This document shows, in pieces, positions 1 to 9,635 of a stretch of 38,098 nucleotides of DNA (position 1 is its first letter; every line of letters starts with the position of its first letter). The stretch comes from a virus. Lineage: Duplodnaviria; Caudoviricetes. Location: the IMG/VR virus record IMGVR_UViG_3300046779_001840, positions 1 through 38,098 of that record. One strand, 5' to 3'. Below the pieces are notes generated by a model that made no database searches, was not told the origin of the DNA, and was given only the letters and a program-made list of their open reading frames with translations. The position numbers and the translations under genes are program-made.

Positions 1-53
1 GTCATTGAGATAGTTTTAGTGTTTTCTATAACGTCTTTAATATTTGTGGCCAT
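1..53 (-). CDS. 5' end of a hypothetical phage protein running off the window (MATNIKDVIENTKTISMT...)
   Basis: ATG at 53 with an open frame to position 1, just downstream of the GATase gene. Confidence 0.55.
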   Translation of the reverse strand, partial: MATNIKDVIENTKTISM

Positions 54-71
54 ATCTGAATCCAATATTAG

Positions 72-620
72 TTATTTAGCTAATAATTGTTCGATCTCTT
101 CTGGAATCCATGGAGTCTCCATGCGCTCTGGGTGCCACACAATCCCTGCTATTTTTCCATCAATCCAGGCTTCGCAATTGCCGTCGTTGTCGTTGGCCAG
201 CACAATTGCTTTTTCATGTGGTCGCTGTATACCCAGGGAATGATGACTGTTAACGTATTTTAAATCGCCAAAGTAGTTAACAGTGTGCTCGATGTCACTG
301 TGCCCAACAATGTCAACAACTACTCCGCCCAGTATATCTGTGAGTAAAAAGCAGCCATGGCAAACACCAATCACGGGTTTGTTTTGCTGCATCATTGCAG
401 TTGCTAATCGTATTTCTGTTAGACGTCTAATGGCACTGTCGTCACCACCTGTAATAACAAAGCAATCCAGCGACTCTGCTAGTTCTTGAAAATTTTGTTC
501 GGGCCTGTTTGCAATAGGAAAGAGCGTATGCGACTTAAAGTAGGTATACCAACCTTGCTCTAGTGCGTCATACGCTCTATTTTTGTGTAACAGGACTCGT
601 TGACTGAGTCCTATTCGCAT
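72..620 (-). CDS. Class I glutamine amidotransferase / peptidase C26-like protein
   Basis: ITGGDD, nucleophile elbow GVCHG, VNSHH, WHPE triad; ATG at 620 overlaps the upstream TAA (TAATG). Confidence 0.88.
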   Translation of the reverse strand: MRIGLSQRVLLHKNRAYDALEQGWYTYFKSHTLFPIANRPEQNFQELAESLDCFVITGGDDSAIRRLTEIRLATAMMQQNKPVIGVCHGCFLLTDILGGVVVDIVGHSDIEHTVNYFGDLKYVNSHHSLGIQRPHEKAIVLANDNDGNCEAWIDGKIAGIVWHPERMETPWIPEEIEQLLAK

Positions 621-1315
621 TACCAACCGTAAGCGTCAGCAACCAACTGTTTACCAGATTCAGCAGCAGTTGTGTTCTTGCATGAAATGTCATACAAGTC
701 TTTACGCATACGAACAACCAGTGCTTCAACACGAGCTTGTTCTTCAGCTGTGGTAACTAATTTTTCTAGCTTGCTAGCACCAATTTTGCTGTGGAAACCT
801 TCGTCACGAGCAATCTTGGCATAAGCGCCACTAATAAACTTGTCTTCGATGCACTCGGCCATTTGATTCCAAACAGCTTCTGCACGACCTTCTGCTACCA
901 GCTGATAAGCAGCTAAAGCAGCAGCATCAGTTTCTGCGCCGTATTTTTGCAGCAGGCTAGCACCTTTAGCTGTTGGCTTTGCAGCTTCAGCAGCAATAGC
1001 AGCTTCTACGTCAACTGGCGAGCCTTGGATATGCTCAATAACTTCTTTAACCAGACGGAAGTGTACTGCTTCGTCGTGTGCTTGTTGCGTTAACAACTGT
1101 AGTTCAACTGGGTCTGCGTCTGCAGGCATGTTGGCCACTTGTTGAGCAATTTCAACCATGTTCATGCGTTCGTTGATCATGCGACCGATGAAATGTTCTA
1201 CTAGCTCGCTTTGAGCAGGCTTACTGTCAAAGTACTCTTTAACGTTAAGTTGACTAGCACGGAACAATGCTTGATTGTCCTCGACTAGTTTTTTAACAAA
1301 TTGTTTTGCATCCAT
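620..1315 (-). CDS. Ferritin-like di-iron carboxylate protein
   Basis: Helical protein with ligand pattern E (NERMN), DEAVH, E (AEGRA), DEGFH; AAGGAG RBS. Confidence 0.8.
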   Translation of the reverse strand: MDAKQFVKKLVEDNQALFRASQLNVKEYFDSKPAQSELVEHFIGRMINERMNMVEIAQQVANMPADADPVELQLLTQQAHDEAVHFRLVKEVIEHIQGSPVDVEAAIAAEAAKPTAKGASLLQKYGAETDAAALAAYQLVAEGRAEAVWNQMAECIEDKFISGAYAKIARDEGFHSKIGASKLEKLVTTAEEQARVEALVVRMRKDLYDISCKNTTAAESGKQLVADAYGW

Positions 1316-1348
1316 GGGGATTCTCCTTGTGTATCGATACGTTAATAT

Positions 1349-2029
1349 TTATGGATTTTTTAAGCCGCGGGCTTCTTTAGACTGTATGCCATTCCAAACT
1401 TCCTGATCGAGCCAGTATTCGTCAACATACTTAACATATTTATGATTTGCGTCTTTTTCAATAAAACGGTTAATTTTTGCCGGGTCTAGTTCAACTGGGA
1501 AATCAAGAGTTTTTCCTACCCACTGTAAGTAGTGTTCCTTGTGTAGGAAAAATGCTTCATGATCTAGAAAATGCACAGGAAAGTCTGACAATAATAATGT
1601 ATTATAATAGTAGTCCTGAGCAATTGGAGTAGTTACTGCTCCACGTACTCGGCGTTGTTGCTCTGCATTGATATTTTGATCTCTAACAATAATTGCTATT
1701 TCTACCTCAACACCAAAACTTCTAGCACGTTCTGCCACTTCAAGAATCTTGGGCACATAACGAACACCATCATACATGAACGGGCAGCTTACATTTGCCA
1801 AGTGATATTGGTAATTGTCAAACTTGTTTTTGGGCAGCAGATCGGGCCTGACCCAATAGTCTGCAAAAGGTTCAAGATCACTGGGTACCCAGTATTTGTC
1901 AAGCAGTTCTTCCCAGCCCGCAACCGCAGGGTGCAGACTCAGTAGTCTGCTGAATAGGTGATTACCTGATCCTTGTGGACCAGTTATGATCAAGAGTTTT
2001 TTAGCGGTGGAATCTTTGTTGTCCAACAT
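1349..2029 (-). CDS. Sulfotransferase-like / P-loop-fold protein
   Basis: N-terminal LIITGPQGSGNHLFSRLLSLHP and IIVRD resemble the 5'-PSB and 3'-PB sulfotransferase motifs; exact start uncertain. Confidence 0.6.
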   Translation of the reverse strand: MLDNKDSTAKKLLIITGPQGSGNHLFSRLLSLHPAVAGWEELLDKYWVPSDLEPFADYWVRPDLLPKNKFDNYQYHLANVSCPFMYDGVRYVPKILEVAERARSFGVEVEIAIIVRDQNINAEQQRRVRGAVTTPIAQDYYYNTLLLSDFPVHFLDHEAFFLHKEHYLQWVGKTLDFPVELDPAKINRFIEKDANHKYVKYVDEYWLDQEVWNGIQSKEARGLKNP

Positions 2030-2666
2030 AGGTTCTAATTTTCAATGGGTTGACTTCGTCTGTGGGGCCTGTACCTGAATCAGGTGCAAATACAAATAAC
2101 ACAACATCTTCTGTGGGACAGATAAAGTTGTGCAACACATTGCGATTCATAAAGAACACTTCGCCTTCAACTACATCGAAGAATTCTTTGTTATCTAATT
2201 CAATTTTTCCGTTGCCCTTTAGTACCATGCCAATACGATGGCTTGGATGTGTGTGCAAGGTTTGATACATGCCTGCAGGAAAGTGTACATAGTTGATAAC
2301 AGGATCACCTAGGCGTCCTGGGTTGACCGCAGTAGTGTTAGTGCCGCCATCCATGTAACTTAGATTACCCATGCCCAGCTGATCCTGTACATAGTAACGA
2401 CTTTCGGACAGACGCAAACCCAAGTATTCAACAACTACAGCAGTTCCTGCGCCGCATTTGACGGTAAAATGATTATTGACTGCCAGTGCTGCATTAACAT
2501 CTTCTAATTTTACATTGTCGCTAAAATAACTGGCATTCTGTAACATAATATAATATGTTCCAGGAGTATAATCAAATGCACGACTTTCGCCTGCTTCTAA
2601 TTTTGTTACTCGAAGAGGCCAACGATCTTGTGTTTCATAAACACCTTTAACATTTAACATTGTCAT
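2001..2666 (-). CDS. Cupin-domain protein
   Basis: Motif 1 PAGMYQTLHTHPSHRIGMVLKG and motif 2 GEVFFMNRNVLHNF. Confidence 0.82.
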   Translation of the reverse strand: MTMLNVKGVYETQDRWPLRVTKLEAGESRAFDYTPGTYYIMLQNASYFSDNVKLEDVNAALAVNNHFTVKCGAGTAVVVEYLGLRLSESRYYVQDQLGMGNLSYMDGGTNTTAVNPGRLGDPVINYVHFPAGMYQTLHTHPSHRIGMVLKGNGKIELDNKEFFDVVEGEVFFMNRNVLHNFICPTEDVVLFVFAPDSGTGPTDEVNPLKIRTYVGQQRFHR

Positions 2667-2673
2667 AATCTTC

Positions 2674-2907
2674 TCACTTAAAAAAATACATATAAATTAG
2701 GCCTGGGATGATGATAAAGAACTGGGGCAAGAAGTTCAACATTATAGCTCGCTCATTCCACCGGTATCCCACATAAACCCAACCTGTGGCGCCAATCATT
2801 TGTAAGATACTGTTCCAAGGAGTGATCCCTAGAACATGTCCTACCATGGCGCACAATATGGTTATGGCACTGGCGTATTTGATATACCAAACATGATCTC
2901 TTTTCAT
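2674..2907 (-). CDS. Small membrane protein (about 3 TM segments)
   Basis: 77 aa, hydrophobic; ATGA-coupled to the upstream gene. Confidence 0.7.
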   Translation of the reverse strand: MKRDHVWYIKYASAITILCAMVGHVLGITPWNSILQMIGATGWVYVGYRWNERAIMLNFLPQFFIIIPGLIYMYFFK

Positions 2908-3479
2908 TTCAACACCGTTACTAAAATATCTGGAAATGTCTTGGCTATTTCAACTCTATGCCCAAACGTGCTTTCTACCCATGCAGGAGTAAAGTGATGC
3001 CATGTGGCATTTTGACTGTGTGCATATTCAAGTATGCACTGATTCTGTCTTGTGATTGCGGCCAACATGCCCATGCTGTCTTGATAAGCATCATAACAAG
3101 GATACTTGATTTGAAACCCGCCGGCTTCGTGCCACCAAGCATAACTGGCCATGTCTGGACGATATACCAGCATGATCCAATCGTTTGGGAAATAATACTT
3201 GATGTTGTGTAGCATGTAAGGCCAGTCATGGCTTTTCACAAGTCGGGTACCACCAGGCTCGGACCAGGCCGCATCAATGTACGTGGCATCTAATCTTGGA
3301 TCAAATTCCATTCCCTTACCAAAGTAAGCGCCTTGGTGCCCAGTGTAGCTGTGATGGCTGTATGTACGTGCCGGTGTGCGATCTGAGGTGTTGAATCCCG
3401 GTATAGTTTCCAAAGTCTGAGCAATGCCCGACCAACGTGATCCCGGAACGCCGGTAAAAAATATTCTATTAGGTAACAT
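2904..3479 (-). CDS. Sulfotransferase-like / P-loop-fold protein
   Basis: IFFTGVPGSRWSG, LVKSH and LVYRP motifs; start reassigned to ATG 3479 (MLPNRIFF) to avoid overlap with the divergent gene. Confidence 0.6.
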   Translation of the reverse strand: MLPNRIFFTGVPGSRWSGIAQTLETIPGFNTSDRTPARTYSHHSYTGHQGAYFGKGMEFDPRLDATYIDAAWSEPGGTRLVKSHDWPYMLHNIKYYFPNDWIMLVYRPDMASYAWWHEAGGFQIKYPCYDAYQDSMGMLAAITRQNQCILEYAHSQNATWHHFTPAWVESTFGHRVEIAKTFPDILVTVLK

Positions 3480-3481
3480 GG

Positions 3482-3496
3482 TATAATTATAATTAT
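3482..3496. promoter_or_regulatory. Palindromic divergent -10 region (ATAATTATAATTAT)
   Basis: TATAAT on + at 3482-3487 and on - at 3486-3491, 7 and 6 nt before the divergent ATGs (3495, 3479). Confidence 0.5.
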
Positions 3497-4016
3497 GCAC
3501 AATCAACAACAACTCAATAATTATTTCAGTCAGTTCTGGGCACCGCGTATTGATCACTACCGCTATTCTGGATGGGCTTTACTTGATAAAGTAAAGGATC
3601 ACGAATCAGTAATTGACATCGGATGTGGTAACAATCCTTTTAAAGAAAAAATTGGTATCTTGGTTGGGATTGATCCGGCATTTGGACAAGCCGATTATCA
3701 GACCACTCTCGAAGACTTCCAAACAGATCAACGCTTTGATGTGGCGTTTTGTCTGGGCAGTATAAACTTTGGCACAGAAGAAACTATACTAAAACAAATA
3801 CAACTGGTAATAAATCTACTCAACCCCGCAGCAAGAATTTATTGGCGCTGTAATCCTGGGCTGCAAGACCACGGAAACAAAGAGTGCGAATCTATAGAAT
3901 TTTTTCCTTGGACCAAACAGCTACACAAAAAATATGCCAAACAGTTTGGCTTTGAGCTAGCGGATATACAGGACGACACCAACAACAGGATCTATGCAGA
4001 ATGGCGCAGAGCCTAA
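3495..4016 (+). CDS. Class I SAM-dependent methyltransferase
   Basis: VIDIGCG motif I, GID, FDVAFCLGSINF. Confidence 0.85.
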   Translation: MHNQQQLNNYFSQFWAPRIDHYRYSGWALLDKVKDHESVIDIGCGNNPFKEKIGILVGIDPAFGQADYQTTLEDFQTDQRFDVAFCLGSINFGTEETILKQIQLVINLLNPAARIYWRCNPGLQDHGNKECESIEFFPWTKQLHKKYAKQFGFELADIQDDTNNRIYAEWRRA

Positions 4017-4162
4017 TACTTAGTCCTGAATTAATTTTTTTCTATAGTCACTAAATGATTAAATCAATTCCTTAAATATTTGCGTGGACTTGAACCATTG
4101 CCAAGCCCACTTTCAAAAGGCACAGGCAAATGTCAGATCCACCAACTATAAAGGAGGCAGTC

Positions 4163-4894
4163 TTGAGTAAACGCCGTCGCAGCGAAGCAGTACAATTAGC
4201 AGTAGTCAATAACAACACCGTCAATATTGATTCATATCAAAAACAAAGAAGACCAATAAATTTAATCCCCAAAAGTCGTAACCAAGAAACTTACATCGAT
4301 TTACTAGAAAATCCACAACGCTTAATAGTTTTCGCTACCGGTCCAGCTGGTACAGGTAAAACTATGCTGGCTGTGTTGGCCGCACTAAAAGCATTTAGAG
4401 CAGGAGAGTGCTCTAAGATTGTTATTACTAGGCCCGCGGTAGGCGTTGACGACGAACAACATGGCTTTTTACCGGGTACACTGAATCAGAAGATGGAACC
4501 ATGGACTAGACCTATCTTTGATATTATAGAGGAGTATTACAGACCACAGGAAATAACTCGTTTGCTAGAAGAAAAATATATTGAGATAGCTCCACTAGCA
4601 TACATGCGGGGGCGGACATTTAAACAATCGTGGATTATTGCTGACGAAATGCAAAACGCGACACCTTCTCAGATGAAAATGCTGCTCACTAGACTAGGAG
4701 AAAATTCCAAGATGGTTGTAACGGGAGATACGCAGCAGGCTGACCGTCGGGCTACAGACAACGGATTATTAGACTTCGAACGCCTAATGGCGAATTTTGA
4801 TAGTCAATATATTGCTGGCGTAGAATTTGCAGTCAAGGATGTTCGTAGACATCCGGCAGTTGCAGAAGTTTTAAAACTATATGGAGATGCCTAA
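4163..4894 (+). CDS. phoH: PhoH-like ATPase
   Basis: GPAGTGKT, ITRPAV, GFLPG, YMRGRTF, DEMQN, GDTQQAD, RHP; TTG start at 4163 follows AAGGAGG. Confidence 0.95.
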   Translation: MSKRRRSEAVQLAVVNNNTVNIDSYQKQRRPINLIPKSRNQETYIDLLENPQRLIVFATGPAGTGKTMLAVLAALKAFRAGECSKIVITRPAVGVDDEQHGFLPGTLNQKMEPWTRPIFDIIEEYYRPQEITRLLEEKYIEIAPLAYMRGRTFKQSWIIADEMQNATPSQMKMLLTRLGENSKMVVTGDTQQADRRATDNGLLDFERLMANFDSQYIAGVEFAVKDVRRHPAVAEVLKLYGDA

Positions 4895-4906
4895 CGTAAA
4901 TACTTG

Positions 4907-5914
4907 ATGATTAACTTTACTGATATACGCAGCGTACACCTGGAAATCAGCACCAGGTGTAACGCGGCTTGCCCTGAGTGCCCAAGAAACTTTCACGGTG
5001 TTGACATTATAGAAAACTATCCGTTAACGGATATGTCATTAGAACAAGCAAAAACAATATTCACGGAACAGTTCCTTAAACAAATCGATCATATTCTTAT
5101 AAACGGCAATTACGGTGATTTTATTACTGCACGTGATGGACTGTTGATAATTGAATATTTTCGAGCTACTAACCCAAAATTACAAATAGAAATCAGTACC
5201 AATGCCAGTGGAAGACCAAACTGGTGGACACGGTTAGGAGAACTTGGTGTGAAAGTACATTTCAGACTTGACGGTTTAGAAGACACTCATCATTTATACA
5301 GACAATACACTGATTTCAAATTGATTATCGACAATGCAAAAAAATTCATTGCAGCAGGCGGACATGCAATTTGGGCAATGATTCCATTCAAACACAATCG
5401 TCATCAAATTGATCAATGTCGTGAGTTATCAAAGGAATTGGGATTTAAACATTTTTACTTAAATGATGCCGGAAGAGATACTGGTATAGTATTCACTAGG
5501 GATAAAAAATTCAGCCATGTGTTAGGAGATTACCAGCCTAAACCATTTGAAACATTTGACGGACTTTGGGAAACTTATATTAACTATGTAAACTTTCCTG
5601 AGATAACATTGAATGCCGATCATCCTAATAGACAAATTTCATGCAAAGCAAAAGCAGCAAAACAAATTTACATTGCGGCCAATGGGGAAGTATATCCTTG
5701 TTGTTGGCTTGGATTCTATCCTTTGGATGTTTCGGGTATCATGGGAAATCCAGGAAACTATCAGACCAAGCCAATGATAAAAAACAACAATGCACTAGAA
5801 CACGGTCTTGAAGAAACCATCAAATGGTTTAACCGTGTAGAAGAATCCTGGAACTTGGAATCAGTAAAGGCAGGTAAGATTTATACCTGCAACGAAACCT
5901 GCGGGATCAAGTGA
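4907..5914 (+). CDS. Radical SAM protein with SPASM/twitch domain
   Basis: CNAACPEC, NGNYGD, STN; C-terminal C..IAANGEVYPCCW..CNETC. Confidence 0.9.
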   Translation: MINFTDIRSVHLEISTRCNAACPECPRNFHGVDIIENYPLTDMSLEQAKTIFTEQFLKQIDHILINGNYGDFITARDGLLIIEYFRATNPKLQIEISTNASGRPNWWTRLGELGVKVHFRLDGLEDTHHLYRQYTDFKLIIDNAKKFIAAGGHAIWAMIPFKHNRHQIDQCRELSKELGFKHFYLNDAGRDTGIVFTRDKKFSHVLGDYQPKPFETFDGLWETYINYVNFPEITLNADHPNRQISCKAKAAKQIYIAANGEVYPCCWLGFYPLDVSGIMGNPGNYQTKPMIKNNNALEHGLEETIKWFNRVEESWNLESVKAGKIYTCNETCGIK

Positions 5915-6384
5915 TTGAGTTGTTCCATGGTGCTAACAAAATCAGTATGCAGGATAGCCTTACCACCGGCTGCTTGCCATTCCTCAATATTGCTCTTGCG
6001 ATCGTCAATTAGAATATCGCCTGCTTGACAATGTACGTGCTTGTCTCGGCTGAAAGGGCCAAACATTACCGGAATTCCTGGAAAGTAAGTTTGACACCAA
6101 ACAACTTTGTCGTAAAATGCCCAAGGCACATCGTTGCCTTTTGGTACCGCAGTCAAGAACTTTAATTCGTAGTTGTGCAGTTTGGCAAGACGACTGCATT
6201 GAAATACCAGCTCGTCGGCATAGGATGTTTTTACTAGGTCTCTGTAAAGTCTAGCATTGCTGGCCAATTTGTACCAAACTTCATCAGGATAAATGCCTGC
6301 ACTGGGAGGAACTCCTAAAGTCCGTGCGGCATACTCATCAAAGTCGGCTACTACACCGTCCATGTCTAAATATAATGTTGTCAT
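5881..6384 (-). CDS. HAD-family 5'(3')-deoxyribonucleotidase
   Basis: YLDMDGVVADF, LTA, K, ILIDDR. Confidence 0.88.
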   Translation of the reverse strand: MTTLYLDMDGVVADFDEYAARTLGVPPSAGIYPDEVWYKLASNARLYRDLVKTSYADELVFQCSRLAKLHNYELKFLTAVPKGNDVPWAFYDKVVWCQTYFPGIPVMFGPFSRDKHVHCQAGDILIDDRKSNIEEWQAAGGKAILHTDFVSTMEQLNHLIPQVSLQV

Positions 6385-6624
6385 TTATTTCTTTTGAGTA
6401 AGTTTATGATGCAGGGTTTGTAGATAATTTGTTTGATAGCGTAGCTTGGATTCTAAACTTTGTACACGATCTTTTAAATATGCAACTGTGGTAACTAGAT
6501 TATTAACATTGGTTTCTTGTTCTCTAATCTTGACATCGTGTGACATCAAATTAGGACGAGGCGGAGCATTGGGATCAACTGCCCGTTTTTTCTTCGCCTT
6601 CATGACTTTAAATATGTTGCTCAT
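6385..6624 (-). CDS. Hypothetical coiled-coil protein
   Basis: 79-aa ORF abutting its neighbours; TAAATA 6 nt upstream. Confidence 0.7.
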   Translation of the reverse strand: MSNIFKVMKAKKKRAVDPNAPPRPNLMSHDVKIREQETNVNNLVTTVAYLKDRVQSLESKLRYQTNYLQTLHHKLTQKK

Positions 6625-6944
6625 AATAGGTATTTATCGTCGGGTACGCTAGGATATTTTACTGCCACGGTATCAGTATCCTCGGTATAATGCCCACTAA
6701 CAATTTCTCCGGGTTCAACAACGACAATATCTCCAGTTCGATATTCCTCATCGTTGAGCACCATACAGCCTCTAGTGATCAACTGTATCTCTGTAACTAT
6801 TTTGTGATAGTGCTTTTGATACACAGTTCCGGCCGGGTTTGTTTGAAAGCAAACTTCGTAGTCCGTAGTACGATGTACAGCTTCAGGGAAATCGCCTACG
6901 AACCAACCCCGGGCTCCGGAATCACTCAGCTTTAGTTTCTTCAT
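6621..6944 (-). CDS. Small cupin-domain protein
   Basis: RGWFVGDF, HYHKIVTE, GDIVVVEPGE; start set to MKKLKL. Confidence 0.78.
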   Translation of the reverse strand: MKKLKLSDSGARGWFVGDFPEAVHRTTDYEVCFQTNPAGTVYQKHYHKIVTEIQLITRGCMVLNDEEYRTGDIVVVEPGEIVSGHYTEDTDTVAVKYPSVPDDKYLL

Positions 6945-7269
6945 GTGCCTTTTTAAATTCTGCCAAATAAGTGGGATCAAGATCGCCCATGACTTGATCT
7001 ATATACTTTTCGTATCCGGTGTAAAAGTATTCGAACAATTCGTCAAAATCTTTTTTACCGTTAAAGGCATTTTGCTCAACAACTTTGTCACTGAGATTTA
7101 TAATTACTTTGGCATTGACGTCTTGCTTGCGTAGGCGAGTACTGATTTGCACCTGCTCGTCAATTTGTGTGTTTGCAGGATCTTTCATGTAACCTGCGAT
7201 GTGAGTTTTTCTAGGATCTTTGGGCCTAGTAACATAATGTGCTACAAGATAAATGCTTCGTTTTTTCAT
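6922..7269 (-). CDS. Hypothetical protein
   Basis: 115-aa ORF, ATGA-coupled to the clamp loader gene. Confidence 0.7.
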   Translation of the reverse strand: MKKRSIYLVAHYVTRPKDPRKTHIAGYMKDPANTQIDEQVQISTRLRKQDVNAKVIINLSDKVVEQNAFNGKKDFDELFEYFYTGYEKYIDQVMGDLDPTYLAEFKKAHEETKAE

Positions 7270-8186
7270 GATATTTGACTTAATTCAACTAAGGTTGCAG
7301 AGAGATTGATTTCAAAGTCTGACACCAATGGATGTGTGGCAGCACCTTTGCGTATAATTTTAATGGCTTCGTCTTGCCCTTCGGGTGTAGCAGACCACAG
7401 ATCTAAGTTGTCGTACATCCAACGAAATATTTCTTCCATTTCGTCTGCTGTGGCATGTGTACAAAGCACTGTACGTGCGTTTCTAATGTCACCACGTTTG
7501 AACAGATCAACAACTTCCAATTTGTAGTCGGCTGTGCTGTTGTTTCCTTGCTTGCTTAGGACCAAAGTTCCAGATACACTGTTACTTTGACACAAGTTCA
7601 AGCATTTACGCAGATCAGGATACGTGGCTTTGACGTAACTGTCTAAGGTATCTAGTTCAAAGTCCACACCTTCAGTTACCAATACTGTGGCAACACGAGC
7701 AGTAAATTCTGTTTGATCAGTCTTGTCAATCACAATGTGTTGGCAACGACTTTTTAGTGGACCAATAATCTTGTGTGCCAGGTTTGCAGTTAGAATAAAT
7801 CTAGCTTGACTCTGATATGTTTCCATAAGGCCACGCAAGATAGCCTGTGCATTGTGACTCAAATAATCTGCTTCGTCCAGTAGCACAATCTTCAAATCAC
7901 CAAAAGGCATGGTACTAACAAAGCCTTCAATTTTGGTTTTAAGAAAGTCTACACCGTTGTCTCGACTGGCATTGACTTGCAAAAAGTCGTAAGGATCAAT
8001 GTCCAGGCTGTTGACAAGAATTTTTGCCAGTGTGGTTTTGCCTGTGCCAGCGGGCCCAGTAAACAACAAATGCGGAATTGATTTTTCTCGAATAAAATAT
8101 TCAACTTGTTCACGCTGTGCCGGATCCGCGAACACGTAACCGTCTACGGTTGACGGTCGATATTTTTCAGTCCAAAGTTCTTTCAT
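7266..8186 (-). CDS. Sliding-clamp loader AAA+ subunit (T4 gp44 / RFC small-subunit-like)
   Basis: LWTEKYRP, GPAGTGKTT, NAS, LDEAD, SRC, DLR motifs. Confidence 0.95.
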   Translation of the reverse strand: MKELWTEKYRPSTVDGYVFADPAQREQVEYFIREKSIPHLLFTGPAGTGKTTLAKILVNSLDIDPYDFLQVNASRDNGVDFLKTKIEGFVSTMPFGDLKIVLLDEADYLSHNAQAILRGLMETYQSQARFILTANLAHKIIGPLKSRCQHIVIDKTDQTEFTARVATVLVTEGVDFELDTLDSYVKATYPDLRKCLNLCQSNSVSGTLVLSKQGNNSTADYKLEVVDLFKRGDIRNARTVLCTHATADEMEEIFRWMYDNLDLWSATPEGQDEAIKIIRKGAATHPLVSDFEINLSATLVELSQIS

Positions 8187-8974
8187 AGATGGTCTCGATG
8201 TATGCAGATCAAGTCTTCGCTACGAACACTGGGATCTGCGGGTTGCATGGTTTCTGGATAAAATGCCTGATATCCAGCTTGATCAATTACTCGGAACAAT
8301 TCTGCGGTGTCTGCTTCACTGTAAGCAACAAACCATTCAGTAAACAACACAGGTTTATGTTTTTGTAAAAAGTCTCGGCTGCTGCGAATAATTTCAATGT
8401 CATGCCCTTCGGTATCTGTTTTAACAAAACCAATATTGGCAATTTCATCCGCGGTCAAATACTTTTCGCACATGTCTTCGAGAGTCATACCACTCACAGT
8501 GATACTTTCTCCACTCATTCCTGCCACACGTTCTGCTGTTTCGGCATCCCACTTTTCATTCACCAAGCCGCCATTACACATGGCATTCTGATGATCTTTA
8601 AATGTTAATCCTTCAGCTGTTTGATTTGTAACTGCTTCACGAGCAATAACAAAACGTCCCAAATGACTGTTTACTGCACAATTGAATTCCAAGTAAGGTA
8701 GTATAACAGGATTAGGCTCTACAGTCAACACTGTAGCGCGACATTGTGACATCATGGGAATAGCAGTATCTCCACTGTGTCCGCCAATGTCAATAACAGT
8801 CATGCCAGGTTTGATCCAGGTACTCCAGTGATGTTTGACAATGTAGTAGTCAAAGATTGTTTGAAAGTCGGGTACACGTTCTCTTGGATGATCCATTTCG
8901 AACCAAAAGCAACTTTCTCCGTCGGGCAAATCTATTTTGTAACCGTTGCGGACCTTGATTGATGTTTGTGTCAT
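8183..8974 (-). CDS. FkbM-family methyltransferase
   Basis: IDIGGHSG, VEPNP, KTDTEGHD, PVLFTE. Confidence 0.88.
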   Translation of the reverse strand: MTQTSIKVRNGYKIDLPDGESCFWFEMDHPRERVPDFQTIFDYYIVKHHWSTWIKPGMTVIDIGGHSGDTAIPMMSQCRATVLTVEPNPVILPYLEFNCAVNSHLGRFVIAREAVTNQTAEGLTFKDHQNAMCNGGLVNEKWDAETAERVAGMSGESITVSGMTLEDMCEKYLTADEIANIGFVKTDTEGHDIEIIRSSRDFLQKHKPVLFTEWFVAYSEADTAELFRVIDQAGYQAFYPETMQPADPSVRSEDLICIHRDHL

Positions 8975-9204
8975 TTTGATATTATTTTCCAAGTCTTTTC
9001 TTTAGCACGTTCTTCTAGCCATTCTTGTTCTACAGAATAGATAGGAGCATTTTCTAATATATCGTCTAAAATAAATTTGATTGTATATAAGTCTTGTTTG
9101 CAACCCCAGGTTGCAAACCCATCCATGTAAGGATCGTTCATTGCATAGCCGCAGGAACGCAGCTGGTTGGTTATTTCTTCAACGTTCCAACGTTTTATCA
9201 TCAT
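8971..9204 (-). CDS. Hypothetical protein
   Basis: 77-aa ORF overlapping both neighbours by 4 nt. Confidence 0.7.
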   Translation of the reverse strand: MMIKRWNVEEITNQLRSCGYAMNDPYMDGFATWGCKQDLYTIKFILDDILENAPIYSVEQEWLEERAKEKTWKIISK

Positions 9205-9623
9205 TCGTATTGTTCGCGTGTTTTACGTTCTGCGTAGACTGCGGTTGATATAGTGTCGTCCTGCTCGGGCTCTTCGTCGCTGGCAAAAATAATACAGTTT
9301 GGATCAGCTCTGCGTATTACAAATTCTTCACCGTGCTGTGTGATTTTTAGTCCACGACTCCAGCGTCCATGTTCGATTAGTACCCATTGTCCAACTTTTA
9401 CATCTTGCTGAGTTGGACCCACGGCATATACCTTGGCCCAGCGTGGGCGAATACCATCTGTTTTTCCATCGTCACCTAGCAACAGAATACCACTGCTGAG
9501 TTTACGTCCACTAAAGTCCATGTCTCTAACAATAACACTATCGTTTAGTGGTCTGATTTCGCCATTGATCTCCATAGCGAATTGATATCCACGTTTTTGA
9601 TCAAACGGATTCTCGACTGCCAT
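9201..9623 (-). CDS. groES: GroES/Cpn10-like co-chaperonin
   Basis: IRPLNDSVIV, SSGILL, VYAVGP, VKVGQWV. Confidence 0.85.
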   Translation of the reverse strand: MAVENPFDQKRGYQFAMEINGEIRPLNDSVIVRDMDFSGRKLSSGILLLGDDGKTDGIRPRWAKVYAVGPTQQDVKVGQWVLIEHGRWSRGLKITQHGEEFVIRRADPNCIIFASDEEPEQDDTISTAVYAERKTREQYE

Positions 9624-9635
9624 AATTTTCCTTTT

